64,000 nt of DNA from an uncultured virus (IMG/VR IMGVR_UViG_3300005239_004183). Its lineage: Duplodnaviria; Heunggongvirae; Uroviricota; Caudoviricetes. The stretch lies in IMG/VR virus record IMGVR_UViG_3300005239_004183. The stretch is one strand, 5' to 3'. Under the pieces are notes generated by a model. That model had not been told where the DNA came from. It was given only the letters and a program-made list of their open reading frames with translations, and did not search any database. Positions 9,742-19,755 of this stretch are shown in pieces. Positions within the stretch are counted from its first letter, which is position 1. Every line of letters starts with the position of its first letter. A program made the position numbers and the translations under genes.

Positions 9742-10410
9742 TTATGCAGACCCTTCAAGAAGGCTTCGCTTATACCAATCCACATTGCCCGGATTGACAC
9801 TAACACCCATTTCAAGGAGTTTGTTAGCAATTAGAGCGTCTGGGCCATCGTAAAGAGTGTATTTAACGAATGCTTGCAATTGACCCTTATCTGCGCTTGG
9901 ACCTGTTACAGTTGAAGTCCCTGCGGTAGTATTAACACCGACGCTGTTATAATAAGTAACTCTTACATCAAAGGTTTGTCCGGGTAGGACATACACAGTA
10001 GGGTATAGGTTAAAGTTGCCTTGTGTGAAGGTTGTCTTTGGGTATGGTGCGGCTGTGCCGGGAATACCATCGTTTCCAATACCGTCTGGGTCAAGGAAGT
10101 AATCAGTCGTGTTGATTCTAACTTGTAGGTAGGCTCTTGGACCAGAAATAACTCCACCAAGACCACCATTTAGACCTCTATAATCAGCAATAGTTGTTCC
10201 TGTTGCCAAAACACCGTGATATTCAGTAGGTGTAACACCCACATCTTCAATAACGACGAATTGAGTAGCACTTGTGCTTGCTGGCTTGGAAATTTGTGTT
10301 CCGAATCCACCAATAAAGATAGAGTAAGAACCGCCTTCGTTTGTTCCAACAGTTGTTAGTGCCGTTCCTCTTCCTGCATCCCATTCATATACTTGACTTC
10401 GCATTGCCAT
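9742..10410 (-). CDS. MAMRSQVYEW family protein, subtype B (putative capsid protein)
   Basis: Start reassigned to ATG at 10410 after GGAGGTG SD; near-identical motifs to 11331..11942. Confidence 0.8.
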   Translation of the reverse strand: MAMRSQVYEWDAGRGTALTTVGTNEGGSYSIFIGGFGTQISKPASTSATQFVVIEDVGVTPTEYHGVLATGTTIADYRGLNGGLGGVISGPRAYLQVRINTTDYFLDPDGIGNDGIPGTAAPYPKTTFTQGNFNLYPTVYVLPGQTFDVRVTYYNSVGVNTTAGTSTVTGPSADKGQLQAFVKYTLYDGPDALIANKLLEMGVSVNPGNVDWYKRSLLEGSA

Positions 10411-10411
10411 A

Positions 10412-11314
10412 TCAGACACCTCCGTTCTCAAGTAGGCTTCTTTTATACCAATCCACATTGTTAGGATTGACAGTTACGCCCATCTCAAGGAGTTTGTTAG
10501 CGATAAGAGCATCTGGTCCATCATATAGAGTGTATTTGACGAAACAAGCGACACCTGCACCGTTTTGGTGGAAAACAATTTCCTCGTCTGAATCAAGAGT
10601 AATATCAGTTGCATCTTGCTCGGTTGAAATACCGAATACATTTGTTCCAACGCTATGGACATTGTAATATCCTGCATCTGGGGGGGTTGTTCCAGACGAA
10701 GAAGAAATGAATATCTCCGTTCCAGCCGCCATTCCGTGTGTTGATGAACCAAATTCGTTAGCAGTTGAAGCGTTAGAAGTTACTGTTGTAATTCCTGTGG
10801 TTGTGCTGGCTTCAACACCATTTGCAGTATCAAGCATAACCTTTACATCAAAGGTTTGTCCGGGTAGGACATAGATGCTTGGGTAAAGTGCAAAAGTATT
10901 CCAAACTGCCGTTCCCACTCCATCAGTAATAGATGTTGGGGCGATATTTTCTGCACCCGGTAGTCTTGCGCCTCTTGGATAAGGGGAAGCAAGTCCAGAA
11001 ACACCTGCAAAAGAGCCATCGGTGTATTTAATCTGGGTATCTGGGGTTTGGAAGTAGTCAGTTGTGTTAATAGTTACTTGCAAGGTTGCTCCAAGGTGAG
11101 GGCTAACGGCTAAATCTTCAATAACGATAAACTGTGTAGCATTCGTGTTTGCAGGTCGGGTAATGTTGTTTCCAACACCGCCTGTAAAGACTGAATACTG
11201 CTTGTTTGCCGACATGAAACTGCCGAATCTTCCACCTTTTCTTCGGGTTGTTGAAGTGTTAGAGGGAGTATCAACGATATTTGCCCACTCATACACTTGA
11301 CTTCTCATTGCCAT
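10412..11314 (-). CDS. MAMRSQVYEW family protein, subtype A with a long loop insertion
   Basis: Start at 11314 after AGGAG SD; motifs shared with 11989..12603; insert between PGQTFDV and VACFVKY. Confidence 0.8.
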   Translation of the reverse strand: MAMRSQVYEWANIVDTPSNTSTTRRKGGRFGSFMSANKQYSVFTGGVGNNITRPANTNATQFIVIEDLAVSPHLGATLQVTINTTDYFQTPDTQIKYTDGSFAGVSGLASPYPRGARLPGAENIAPTSITDGVGTAVWNTFALYPSIYVLPGQTFDVKVMLDTANGVEASTTTGITTVTSNASTANEFGSSTHGMAAGTEIFISSSSGTTPPDAGYYNVHSVGTNVFGISTEQDATDITLDSDEEIVFHQNGAGVACFVKYTLYDGPDALIANKLLEMGVTVNPNNVDWYKRSLLENGGV

Positions 11315-11330
11315 TCTAAACAACTCCTAT

Positions 11331-11942
11331 TTATTGTCCTGCAAGAAGGCTTCGCTTATACCAATCCACATTGCCCGGATTGACGCTAACGCCCATCTCA
11401 AGAAGTTTGTTAGCGATTAGAGCATCTGGACCATCGTAAAGAGTGTATTTAACGAATGCTTGCAATTCTCCCTTAGCGACTGTGCTTGATAGTGCGCTGG
11501 AGTTGTAAAGAGTAACTCCTACATCAAAGGTTTGTCCGGGTAGGACATAAACATCTGGGTAAAGGTTAAAGTTTCCTTGGAAGAAGGTAGTCTTTGGGTA
11601 TGGTGCGGCTGTGCCGGGAACACCATCACTTCCGATGCCGTCTGGGTCAAGGAAGTAATCAGTTGTGTTGATTGTTACTTGAAGGTAGGCTCTTGGACCT
11701 GCAACTTCATTACCCGAAGCGAGTTTTAGACCTCTATAAGAGGTAATTGACCCGTTAGATAGGTATTCTGATGGTGTAACACCAACATCTTCAATAACAA
11801 TAAACTGCGTAGCAGAAGTTTCTGCTGGCTTGGTAATATTGTTACCTGCTCCACCGATAAAGATAGAGGTTTTCGTTCCTACAAGTGCAGAAGCAGTTGC
11901 TCCAGCACAGTCCCATTCATATACTTGACTTCTCATTGCCAT
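11331..11942 (-). CDS. MAMRSQVYEW family protein, subtype B (putative major capsid protein)
   Basis: 203 aa, beta-rich; GGAGATGA leader identical to that of 11989..12603. Confidence 0.8.
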   Translation of the reverse strand: MAMRSQVYEWDCAGATASALVGTKTSIFIGGAGNNITKPAETSATQFIVIEDVGVTPSEYLSNGSITSYRGLKLASGNEVAGPRAYLQVTINTTDYFLDPDGIGSDGVPGTAAPYPKTTFFQGNFNLYPDVYVLPGQTFDVGVTLYNSSALSSTVAKGELQAFVKYTLYDGPDALIANKLLEMGVSVNPGNVDWYKRSLLAGQ

Positions 11943-11988
11943 AATTTTTCATCTCCATTATTTTTTAAGAGTTTTAAATCCCTTCGGA

Positions 11989-12603
11989 TTAAGCCATGCC
12001 TCCTTCAAGTAGGCTTCGCTTATACCAATCCACATTGTTAGGATTGACTGTAATTCCCATCTCTAACAACTTGTTAGCAATTAGAGCGTCTGGACCGTCG
12101 TAAAGTGTGTATTTGACAAAGCAAGCAACTGCATCAGTAGCCGCAAGACCTACACCGCTTCGGTAAAGAACATCAAAAGTTTGTCCGGGTAGGACATAGA
12201 TGCTTGGATAAAGTGTGAAACTTGGAAGAACCGAAGTTGAAACATCGGTTGCGTTTCCAACACCAGCCGCACCGGGTAGTGGTGCGCCTCTTGGGTAAGG
12301 AGAAGCAAGACCCGGAACGCCCGCTTGGTCAGTAACATCGGGGTTCTGGAAGTAATCAGTTGTGTTGATTCTAACTTGAACCGCACCTTCTAATTGTGGT
12401 GAACAAGCAACATCTTCAATAACGATAAATTGCGTTGCGGTTGTTTCTGCCGGCTTTGTGATGTTATTTCCCTTGCCACCAATAAAAATTGATAGGTCGG
12501 TATCTGCCGCCAAGGTTAAAGTCCCTGCGGCTCCACTTGCTCGGCCTCTTGCGGAATTGCCCGCAATAATGCTCCATTCATATACTTGACTTCTCATTGC
12601 CAT
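11989..12603 (-). CDS. MAMRSQVYEW family protein, subtype A (putative major capsid protein)
   Basis: 204 aa; first gene of the array, downstream of a TTTAAGTA box near 12668-12676. Confidence 0.8.
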   Translation of the reverse strand: MAMRSQVYEWSIIAGNSARGRASGAAGTLTLAADTDLSIFIGGKGNNITKPAETTATQFIVIEDVACSPQLEGAVQVRINTTDYFQNPDVTDQAGVPGLASPYPRGAPLPGAAGVGNATDVSTSVLPSFTLYPSIYVLPGQTFDVLYRSGVGLAATDAVACFVKYTLYDGPDALIANKLLEMGITVNPNNVDWYKRSLLEGGMA

Positions 12604-12691
12604 AATTTTTCATCTCCATTTTTTTTATATACTCCCTAAAGAGTTAATAGTATATTTCTTTTTTATACTACTTAAAGGTTTAGTTTAGTGT

Positions 12692-15136
12692 CTAAATTAA
12701 TTCATCATCTGGATTGAACATCATGGGCTTTCTCACTTCCCTTTTTGATGGAGGCTCATCTTGTTTCGGTTCAATTGAATCGGATTTCCCATAATCCTCT
12801 TGAGTCATTACATCTAAGGTAGGATTTACATACCAATTAATGAAACCTGTGGGTTTTCTTCCCAACACATTAATAACAGTTGTATTAGGGTAAAAAATAT
12901 TTGTCCAATCTTTACCCCACCCACCTCCATTTATCCTACCAATTTCAAGCGATTTTCTTAAACTATATTTAAATCTATCATCTAAACCTAATACAAAATT
13001 ATTTTCATCAATAGAGCCATCAAGCACTAATGTATTTCTAAATAGGTTGTAGTTAATCGGATTTGTTGCTTGTCCATCAGAAGTAGTAAAATATATTTCC
13101 TTGTCAAATTCCGAATCATAAACAGGAATATTTAAAATTGAATTATCTTCACCTATTGCCCGACTGAAAACTTTATCTTCCTTTGTATCAGAAGGATAAT
13201 TAGGGTGTAAATTAACCATTTGTAATAATTTATAGTGGGTGTGGTCTGGCTTTAAATAATTTCTATTGAAAGTGTGAGCCTTAGATGTATTAAATACTGA
13301 ATCATCATCATTGAATATAAATGCATTATTTCTTCCCCCTTCGTGTGATAATAGCAAACCAAGATATTTCAATAACTCGGCATTATCTTTTTCTGTTTTC
13401 TCGGTCAAATATTCATTTCCTATAACTAAAAGAGGTTCAGAATAAATCCTTGTGTCTAAATCATCATAAGAAATTTTTCCCATTAGTTTATTACCTGCCT
13501 GTTGAAAGGTGGTAGTGAATTGGCTATGAGGGGCTAATTTCCCCCACGCTTGAAGGGCATTAGGACAATATCTAATTAAATCATATTGAGATGCTTCAAT
13601 TTCTTGATGTTTTAATTTTAATATAATTTCGGGATTCGTGTTGTATGTTTTATCATCATCTTCTGCATTTCTTCCCCACCTACCTTTACCCCATCTTTTT
13701 CCAAAACTGTATCCATATCCATCAGACGACCCCCCTTTAGGTTTTATCTCATATCCTGCCCACCGCCAATCCTTCTCACCATCAATAGGGGAGTCTTTCC
13801 CTGCCATATAATGTAATAAATGTTCATCCCAAGAGTAAATTCTTACCTTTCCATTTGGTTGTGGAATGGCAAGAACAGGCTTTTGATTTCTTTTTCCTAT
13901 TAATTCAAAAAGAGAAATTAATTGAGTCGTAATATGTCGCCAATATTTTCTTTTGTTTGATAAAATATCTTGAGGATAATATTCTGGCCTATCACTCATA
14001 GCATCATAAAAGGCTTCATCAACATACCCCTTAGTATATTTATTATAAGGATTTCCACCCATTATCCTTCCGTTGGTATCTAATTGATTTTTAAAATCAT
14101 GCAATTGTTCAAATCCAAAGATTATTTCATAATTACTGTATTCAAAAGGTTTATGGGGAAATGTAAGTGGTGAAACCTTCCAAGCGTAATCAAAGAATTC
14201 AAAATTACCATGTCCTATTGAGGTATCATATTGTAAGTATCCATACTTTGATTGATTTTCGTGCCTTTTAATTTCATTATCAAAGGTTTTTACTTGATAA
14301 CCTTCTTTAGCGAGATAAAGGTCTAATAAATCTTGCATTAATAGATTAAATGATTTGGCTTTCGCACCGAATGATTTCATAGATAGCATTTCATAAGAAT
14401 AAGAAATAAGGGCTAAGGCTGAAATAGGAGGAAATAAAACTGAAAAAACAGATAATTTAATAATAGAAAATACAAGATTAACAAAAGAATGTATTGGTTC
14501 TGGTGCTACATCAATTAGGTTAGCAAACTTATCCCAATCATCACTCCAATCAAGATGCCCCTTTTCACTTGACCATTTTGTAAATGTAAGTTTTATATAA
14601 TTCTCAAGTAAATCACCCCACCCATCGGACTCTCCACCCAACATCAGCCAAGAATTAGCCTCATCAATACTAAATTGCTTGTGAATGTCTGCTAAGATTT
14701 CAAGAATTAAATTACACACTAATTGTGATTGTTCTTCGTAAATTGTGCAAACTTCAAGATAATCTAATAATGTTTGATTATCAATATCAGAATAGCCGTC
14801 GGGAATTTCGTATTTTAAATCTATTCTTTCAATTCTATCCCATCTTTCTTTAATTGAATTACCTATTTCCATATAACCATTAACAGGCAATATATTGTTT
14901 TTTGTTCTTTTATAATCTGAATCAACCATGCCTCTAATATATCTTTTTAGATAATAAGATGCATCAGTATATGAGTCATTAGTTGTTATATTTTGATTTC
15001 GGTAATTATAATGTAAAATATAATTCCTTAAAAAAGATTCAGAAACTTGATGCTTAAAAGTAATGTTTCCTTTATCGTCTGCATTCTTCCAATCAATTAA
15101 AGGTCTTGAATAACCTCTTTCATCAGAAGAAAACAT
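12692..15136 (-). CDS. Large hypothetical protein with an internal hydrophobic segment
   Basis: 814-aa ORF; TATA at 15159-15166; FVNLVFSIIKLSVFSVLFPPISALALI segment. Confidence 0.75.
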   Translation of the reverse strand: MFSSDERGYSRPLIDWKNADDKGNITFKHQVSESFLRNYILHYNYRNQNITTNDSYTDASYYLKRYIRGMVDSDYKRTKNNILPVNGYMEIGNSIKERWDRIERIDLKYEIPDGYSDIDNQTLLDYLEVCTIYEEQSQLVCNLILEILADIHKQFSIDEANSWLMLGGESDGWGDLLENYIKLTFTKWSSEKGHLDWSDDWDKFANLIDVAPEPIHSFVNLVFSIIKLSVFSVLFPPISALALISYSYEMLSMKSFGAKAKSFNLLMQDLLDLYLAKEGYQVKTFDNEIKRHENQSKYGYLQYDTSIGHGNFEFFDYAWKVSPLTFPHKPFEYSNYEIIFGFEQLHDFKNQLDTNGRIMGGNPYNKYTKGYVDEAFYDAMSDRPEYYPQDILSNKRKYWRHITTQLISLFELIGKRNQKPVLAIPQPNGKVRIYSWDEHLLHYMAGKDSPIDGEKDWRWAGYEIKPKGGSSDGYGYSFGKRWGKGRWGRNAEDDDKTYNTNPEIILKLKHQEIEASQYDLIRYCPNALQAWGKLAPHSQFTTTFQQAGNKLMGKISYDDLDTRIYSEPLLVIGNEYLTEKTEKDNAELLKYLGLLLSHEGGRNNAFIFNDDDSVFNTSKAHTFNRNYLKPDHTHYKLLQMVNLHPNYPSDTKEDKVFSRAIGEDNSILNIPVYDSEFDKEIYFTTSDGQATNPINYNLFRNTLVLDGSIDENNFVLGLDDRFKYSLRKSLEIGRINGGGWGKDWTNIFYPNTTVINVLGRKPTGFINWYVNPTLDVMTQEDYGKSDSIEPKQDEPPSKREVRKPMMFNPDDELI

Positions 15137-15318
15137 AATAGAAGATGATTAGAACGACTATATAAAGATAAAGTATAGATAGTTGTTTAAAAATAATTGA
15201 GTCCTTTTCGGAAGAATCTATAAAATAAATTCAACCTATAAAAATCTTAAAGATACACCCTGCGAGGGGTAATGTCTTATCTTTTATCGGTTTGGTATCC
15301 TAAGAGAAACTATTCGCT

Positions 15319-15651
15319 TCACTCAAAATCTTCTGCCCAGAATTCTTCTGCACTACCTTGAAAATCTTCCATGTAGTCGCCTTCGTGAGCATTAAAGACT
15401 CCACCGTATTCTCCAACTTCTCTTTGAAGGTCAAGAATATCAAGCCTACTTGAGAGCATAGAAACACCGATTGCGGCAGTTGCAAGACCCATCATACTTA
15501 GTGGAGTAACGGACATTCCCATAACACCGAATAGCCTCTTATTCATCCAACTTTGTCTAATACCTGCGAATCCTGCGGTCAAAGCACCCACCACTATAAG
15601 TGAGCCGCTAACTAATACCTTTCTGTAATCTATCATCATCATTTTATTCAT
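15319..15651 (-). CDS. Small two-TM membrane protein with acidic tail
   Basis: Two hydrophobic stretches; AGGAG SD. Confidence 0.7.
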   Translation of the reverse strand: MNKMMMIDYRKVLVSGSLIVVGALTAGFAGIRQSWMNKRLFGVMGMSVTPLSMMGLATAAIGVSMLSSRLDILDLQREVGEYGGVFNAHEGDYMEDFQGSAEEFWAEDFE

Positions 15652-15658
15652 CTCCTAA

Positions 15659-16333
15659 TTATTGACCCACAACATTGCCCATTCCTTCGGCATTAAAATT
15701 AAAGCCCAATGGAGTGCTTCGTGGGGAGTGTCTAACATCTTCTGCAAACCATTCATCAACACCATGCCCCTTTGCGGAGTTTAGGTTTGAATAGGTCTTG
15801 AATGGGTCATCAACAGGCATTGCACCATTTACCCAATCTGGGGAAGGTGCTTCGGAAGTTGGGTCTGGAATTTCCATCATTGGACCGCCATTGCCATAGG
15901 TTTCTGCGTGGCCGACAACATATCCATCATCTTCTTGACCAACAACATATCCTTCTGCACTGTGTCCAACAACATATCCGTCATCTTCGTGGCCCACAAC
16001 TTCTGCGCCTAATCCGAAAGTAGGTGCGCCAAAAGCAGACAAGAGCCTTCCAAGACCCATACCTGCAACAACAACACCAGAAACTTGAGTCATACTTCTA
16101 AGGACAGGATTTGCAACCCTTCCTGTTAGGCCGTATCCGTAAAGTCCAGCACCGATGAGGAATCACCANNNNNNNNNNNNNNNNNNNNTACTAAATGTCA
16201 ATTTGGTAGCAACCATACCACCAACAATACTACCAACTACGATACCTGCAATACCACCATAAAAGGTAGGCAAACCTGCAACATCAATAGCCGTTTCTCC
16301 AAAATCGCTCACTTCATCAACTACTCCAAACAT
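15659..16333 (-). CDS. Gly-rich membrane protein with GYVVG repeats (spans a short N gap)
   Basis: ATG at 16333 with GGTGA SD gives MFGVVDEVSDFG..GGIAGIVVGSIVGG; coding continues after the gap into ORF 15659..16093. Confidence 0.6.
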
Positions 16334-16344
16334 ATCTAATCACC

Positions 16345-16578
16345 TCAAAATCCATATTCCTGTGGGAAACAACAATCATAAAGAATGTATGCTCCACTAA
16401 CTGTTGCCACTACACCCAATGCACCCAAAGGAGTTACATTACCAACCATAGGAAGGTTAAAGAGTTTCATGGAACCAAATCCATCCTTTCCAAAGAAAGG
16501 AATTACATTAAATTGGTGGACACCAATTAGGAACATTGTTGCTCCGACTAACATTTTATTATCAAGCATATTCATCAT
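16345..16578 (-). CDS. Small two-TM membrane protein
   Basis: Hydrophobic segments; GGTGA SD; TATA at 16618-16625. Confidence 0.7.
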   Translation of the reverse strand: MMNMLDNKMLVGATMFLIGVHQFNVIPFFGKDGFGSMKLFNLPMVGNVTPLGALGVVATVSGAYILYDCCFPQEYGF

Positions 16579-16634
16579 TTTTGTTTCACCTGTTATTATT
16601 TGTTTTTACCTTACGACTATATAAAGATATTGAT

Positions 16635-17015
16635 TCAAAACTTCCTCCTTTGAAGTAATGAAACACCATTAAGATTCATTGGGGCGGCATTCGCTTGACC
16701 AATAGGGTTGCCGAAAGGATAATTAATTTTATTGCCCATGCCATCAACCTTAGATGGTTTCAAGGTAGGAGGGGTTGAAACTTCTGCGTGATGAACCCCG
16801 TTAGCCCAAGGAATAATCTTGTCATTGGGCTTCTTGAGATTAGGCATTGAATTAGCATTACCTAATTTAACACCCATTATTTGTTCAGCCGATTTAACAT
16901 CTTGGTGGTAAGCGTGTAATTCAAAGTTTTGCCCAAAGTTAGAGGAAATGGAATGCATAGCATTATCCATAGGTCCTCTCTTGAGAGCATTTTTAATCGC
17001 CAAGTCAAGATTCAT
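16635..17015 (-). CDS. Hypothetical Pro/Asn/Met-rich protein
   Basis: ORF with TATA at 17038-17045. Confidence 0.65.
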   Translation of the reverse strand: MNLDLAIKNALKRGPMDNAMHSISSNFGQNFELHAYHQDVKSAEQIMGVKLGNANSMPNLKKPNDKIIPWANGVHHAEVSTPPTLKPSKVDGMGNKINYPFGNPIGQANAAPMNLNGVSLLQRRKF

Positions 17016-17037
17016 ATTTTTAATAATCTAATTCTGA

Positions 17038-17049
17038 TATATAAAGATT
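17038..17049 (-). promoter_or_regulatory. Archaeal-type TATA promoter AATCTTTATATA
   Basis: Ends 22 nt before ATG at 17015; same motif recurs window-wide. Confidence 0.75.
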
Positions 17050-17061
17050 ACTTGTTTGAAG

Positions 17062-17502
17062 TTAAGCAAGAGATTTTAACTTTCCTGTTTTTACTTGAAT
17101 TAATCTTCTCGTTAATTTTGTAAAATCATTAACTTCACCTATGAAATAAGTATCTTTTAAATCACAATCAGCAATAAACCCCCAAGCAATATCTTTTTTC
17201 CAAAGTTTAGATAAACTAATAATTTCAGCCAATGAAGGATTCCCAAAAGGGTTATGAGATATTTTATTCATTGTTTGAATTAATTCGCAATTTTGAAAAA
17301 CCATATAATTTATTGCATAGGTATTAGGAGAATCTCTTTTTTTATCTAATGTATTATTGGAAAATAAAACACAATACTTTGTTTTCAAATCACCTGCAAT
17401 GCCGTCTAAACTCATAAAGTCAGACCGACTCATCCATTCACCACTATATTTAACAATGGGGGAATTAGGAGGTAATATGTTCTTAGTATATTCTGTATTC
17501 AT
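17062..17502 (-). CDS. Hypothetical protein
   Basis: ORF with GGTGA SD in operon. Confidence 0.65.
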   Translation of the reverse strand: MNTEYTKNILPPNSPIVKYSGEWMSRSDFMSLDGIAGDLKTKYCVLFSNNTLDKKRDSPNTYAINYMVFQNCELIQTMNKISHNPFGNPSLAEIISLSKLWKKDIAWGFIADCDLKDTYFIGEVNDFTKLTRRLIQVKTGKLKSLA

Positions 17503-17510
17503 TATATCAC

Positions 17511-18008
17511 CTAAAAAGCCTCATAGATACTTGTTTCATACCACGCTTGCTCATCCCAAGCAGTAATCAAATCCTTCAAATCTGAAATCCTGTCCACTAC
17601 TTTCATTATTAAAAATCGTTCACTTAATTGATATTTGTCTGTAAATGCCTTATGTGTTTTTGTAACCAAATCCCATGCCTTGTTATTTTCGTTCTCAATT
17701 TGCATCATAGTGGGGGCTTCGCCAAAATAATTTATTTCACTTATTATAACATCATCTCCAATATAATCACATACTGCACCATAGACCCCATAAGTTATAG
17801 GGTCGGGAATTAAAGTATCATTCATAAATATAAATAATACCGATAAGCCCTCTCCATTTTTGATTTTTTTATATCTTTCAATATGTTCATTATCTATTGA
17901 GCAATAAATATATTCTGAACACCAACCTCCGAATTCTTGAAGCAGAAATTTACTATAACAATTAGGATAATCGTCAATTAATCCAATATTATTAAGTATA
18001 TTTTGCAT
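17511..18008 (-). CDS. Hypothetical protein
   Basis: ORF with GAGG SD in operon. Confidence 0.65.
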   Translation of the reverse strand: MQNILNNIGLIDDYPNCYSKFLLQEFGGWCSEYIYCSIDNEHIERYKKIKNGEGLSVLFIFMNDTLIPDPITYGVYGAVCDYIGDDVIISEINYFGEAPTMMQIENENNKAWDLVTKTHKAFTDKYQLSERFLIMKVVDRISDLKDLITAWDEQAWYETSIYEAF

Positions 18009-18017
18009 ATTAAAACC

Positions 18018-18530
18018 TCATTTTGATTGAGTATTAATTAATCTTTCTGCAATATCGTCTAATAATTCTTCTAAATCCGAAGCACTACTTGTAAGCATAA
18101 CTGTATTGCTCTTCTTTTTAACACTCCAATCACTAATCCGAGCCATTTCTTCGTTTTCAACAGATACAAGTATATCTGCAAAATAGGGCAAGTTTCCTTC
18201 GTGATAAATTAAATCAAAATCATTATGTGTTAAAAAACCATGCCTATAAAATGAGTCTTTATCAATAGTTAATACTACCCCTTGTAAGATTAATTTAAAA
18301 GAAATCAGATGGTAGCCTAAGTTATAAGGTGTATTAGTAGTGATTAAGGGTGCGAAAAAATAGATTTCAGTTTTTTTATATTGTTGTTGAGTTTTTGCCA
18401 CCGGGTCTTTCATTTTTAACTTATAATTCATAAATGTATTATATTCCCTAACGGGTATCCACACATCATTAAAATTAATAGGGTCATACACCAAAGGCGT
18501 ATCATCGGGAATTATAAATCTTTCAGCCAA
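18018..18530 (-). CDS. Hypothetical protein
   Basis: ORF in operon, TTG start. Confidence 0.6.
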   Translation of the reverse strand: MAERFIIPDDTPLVYDPINFNDVWIPVREYNTFMNYKLKMKDPVAKTQQQYKKTEIYFFAPLITTNTPYNLGYHLISFKLILQGVVLTIDKDSFYRHGFLTHNDFDLIYHEGNLPYFADILVSVENEEMARISDWSVKKKSNTVMLTSSASDLEELLDDIAERLINTQSK

Positions 18531-18534
18531 TTCT

Positions 18535-19142
18535 TCAACCCCTATTTCTTAATAGAATAGGGATGATAGAGGCTACAATACCTGCACCTGCAAGATAATA
18601 CATATTTTTATCATCCACATTCTTAGAAGATACAAAAGATTCTGCATTCTTCAAGGTTTCAACTACCTTTTTAATGCCGTCTGTATCTTCTGGCATTTTT
18701 GAANNNNNNNNNNNNNNNNNNNNATTTGAGATAGAGTTTTAGATTTAGCCTCGTCTTTCGCAACTGATACTTTGTGTTGTTCAGTTTCAGTAAAACAAGT
18801 AAAACAAACGCCTGTTTTCTTATGGCAACCCTTATCTCTTAAATTAGAAATAACACAACTACATTTTGAACAGTTTTTTGGAACCATTTCTTCTGCCGAC
18901 TGAATTAATTTATCTTGCTTTTCATTAAAATCTTCAAGAGCCTTCATAAAAGCCTCTTCTGCTCTTTTCTTGTGATTGACATTTGAATTAGTTTTATCAA
19001 CCATTTCAATAGTTTTTCTTTGAACCTTTCGGGCATCCCTCTCAATACCTCTAACTTCTGGATTCTTTGAACCAGAATAAGGAGTTATAGCGATTTCATC
19101 AGAATCATTCTGTTGAACAGATTCATCAGCAAGATTATCCAT
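18535..19142 (-). CDS. Coiled-coil and Cys-cluster protein with C-terminal membrane anchor (spans N gap)
   Basis: CSKCSC..C..CFTC; after the gap another frame reads KNAESFV..YYLAGAGIVASIIPILLRNRG stop at 18535. Confidence 0.6.
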
Positions 19143-19182
19143 ACTTTAATACTTTCTGTGCCGATATATAAATCTTTGCTAT

Positions 19183-19737
19183 TCAACTTTGCTGAAACAT
19201 ATTATATTTAACTTTATTAAATGGGGCCTTTAGTGTGTGCTTTCCATTCCTTTTAGGTTCAGCCCAAGCACTAATAACTTGCGCCCTCCTTGAAATAACA
19301 TAATAAAAAGAAAAATTATCATCGGATTTCGTATCAACAACCACAACATTCTTAACATATTGTGAATCTTTAGGGGTGTCAAATGAAATGACTGATTTCC
19401 AATCCCCTCCAAAAAGGATAAATGACTGAACATCAAACTTAGGAATCTCCTTATCGGTTTTAGTGCAATACAGGTCTTGTTTAATGCCTCTTGTGATTAG
19501 TTTAGTTTTATGGTCGTATGATACTTCGTGAGGATAACCTGCTTGAATCTTGAATGTATCGGTTGCTTTGAATGGCTTTGATTTTTTACACATATCTAAA
19601 ACTTGAGCCTTGAATGTAGCATAACTTTCTGAAAACCATTCGGGAATAAAAATTGATTTATGATATGAATGATTTGTTTTCAAGTCATCCAATAGTCCAT
19701 TATCAATTAACACATCACCGATGGTATAATTGCTCAT
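19183..19737 (-). CDS. Hypothetical protein
   Basis: 184-aa ORF in operon. Confidence 0.65.
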   Translation of the reverse strand: MSNYTIGDVLIDNGLLDDLKTNHSYHKSIFIPEWFSESYATFKAQVLDMCKKSKPFKATDTFKIQAGYPHEVSYDHKTKLITRGIKQDLYCTKTDKEIPKFDVQSFILFGGDWKSVISFDTPKDSQYVKNVVVVDTKSDDNFSFYYVISRRAQVISAWAEPKRNGKHTLKAPFNKVKYNMFQQS

Positions 19738-19755
19738 AAGAACAATATCTTATCT

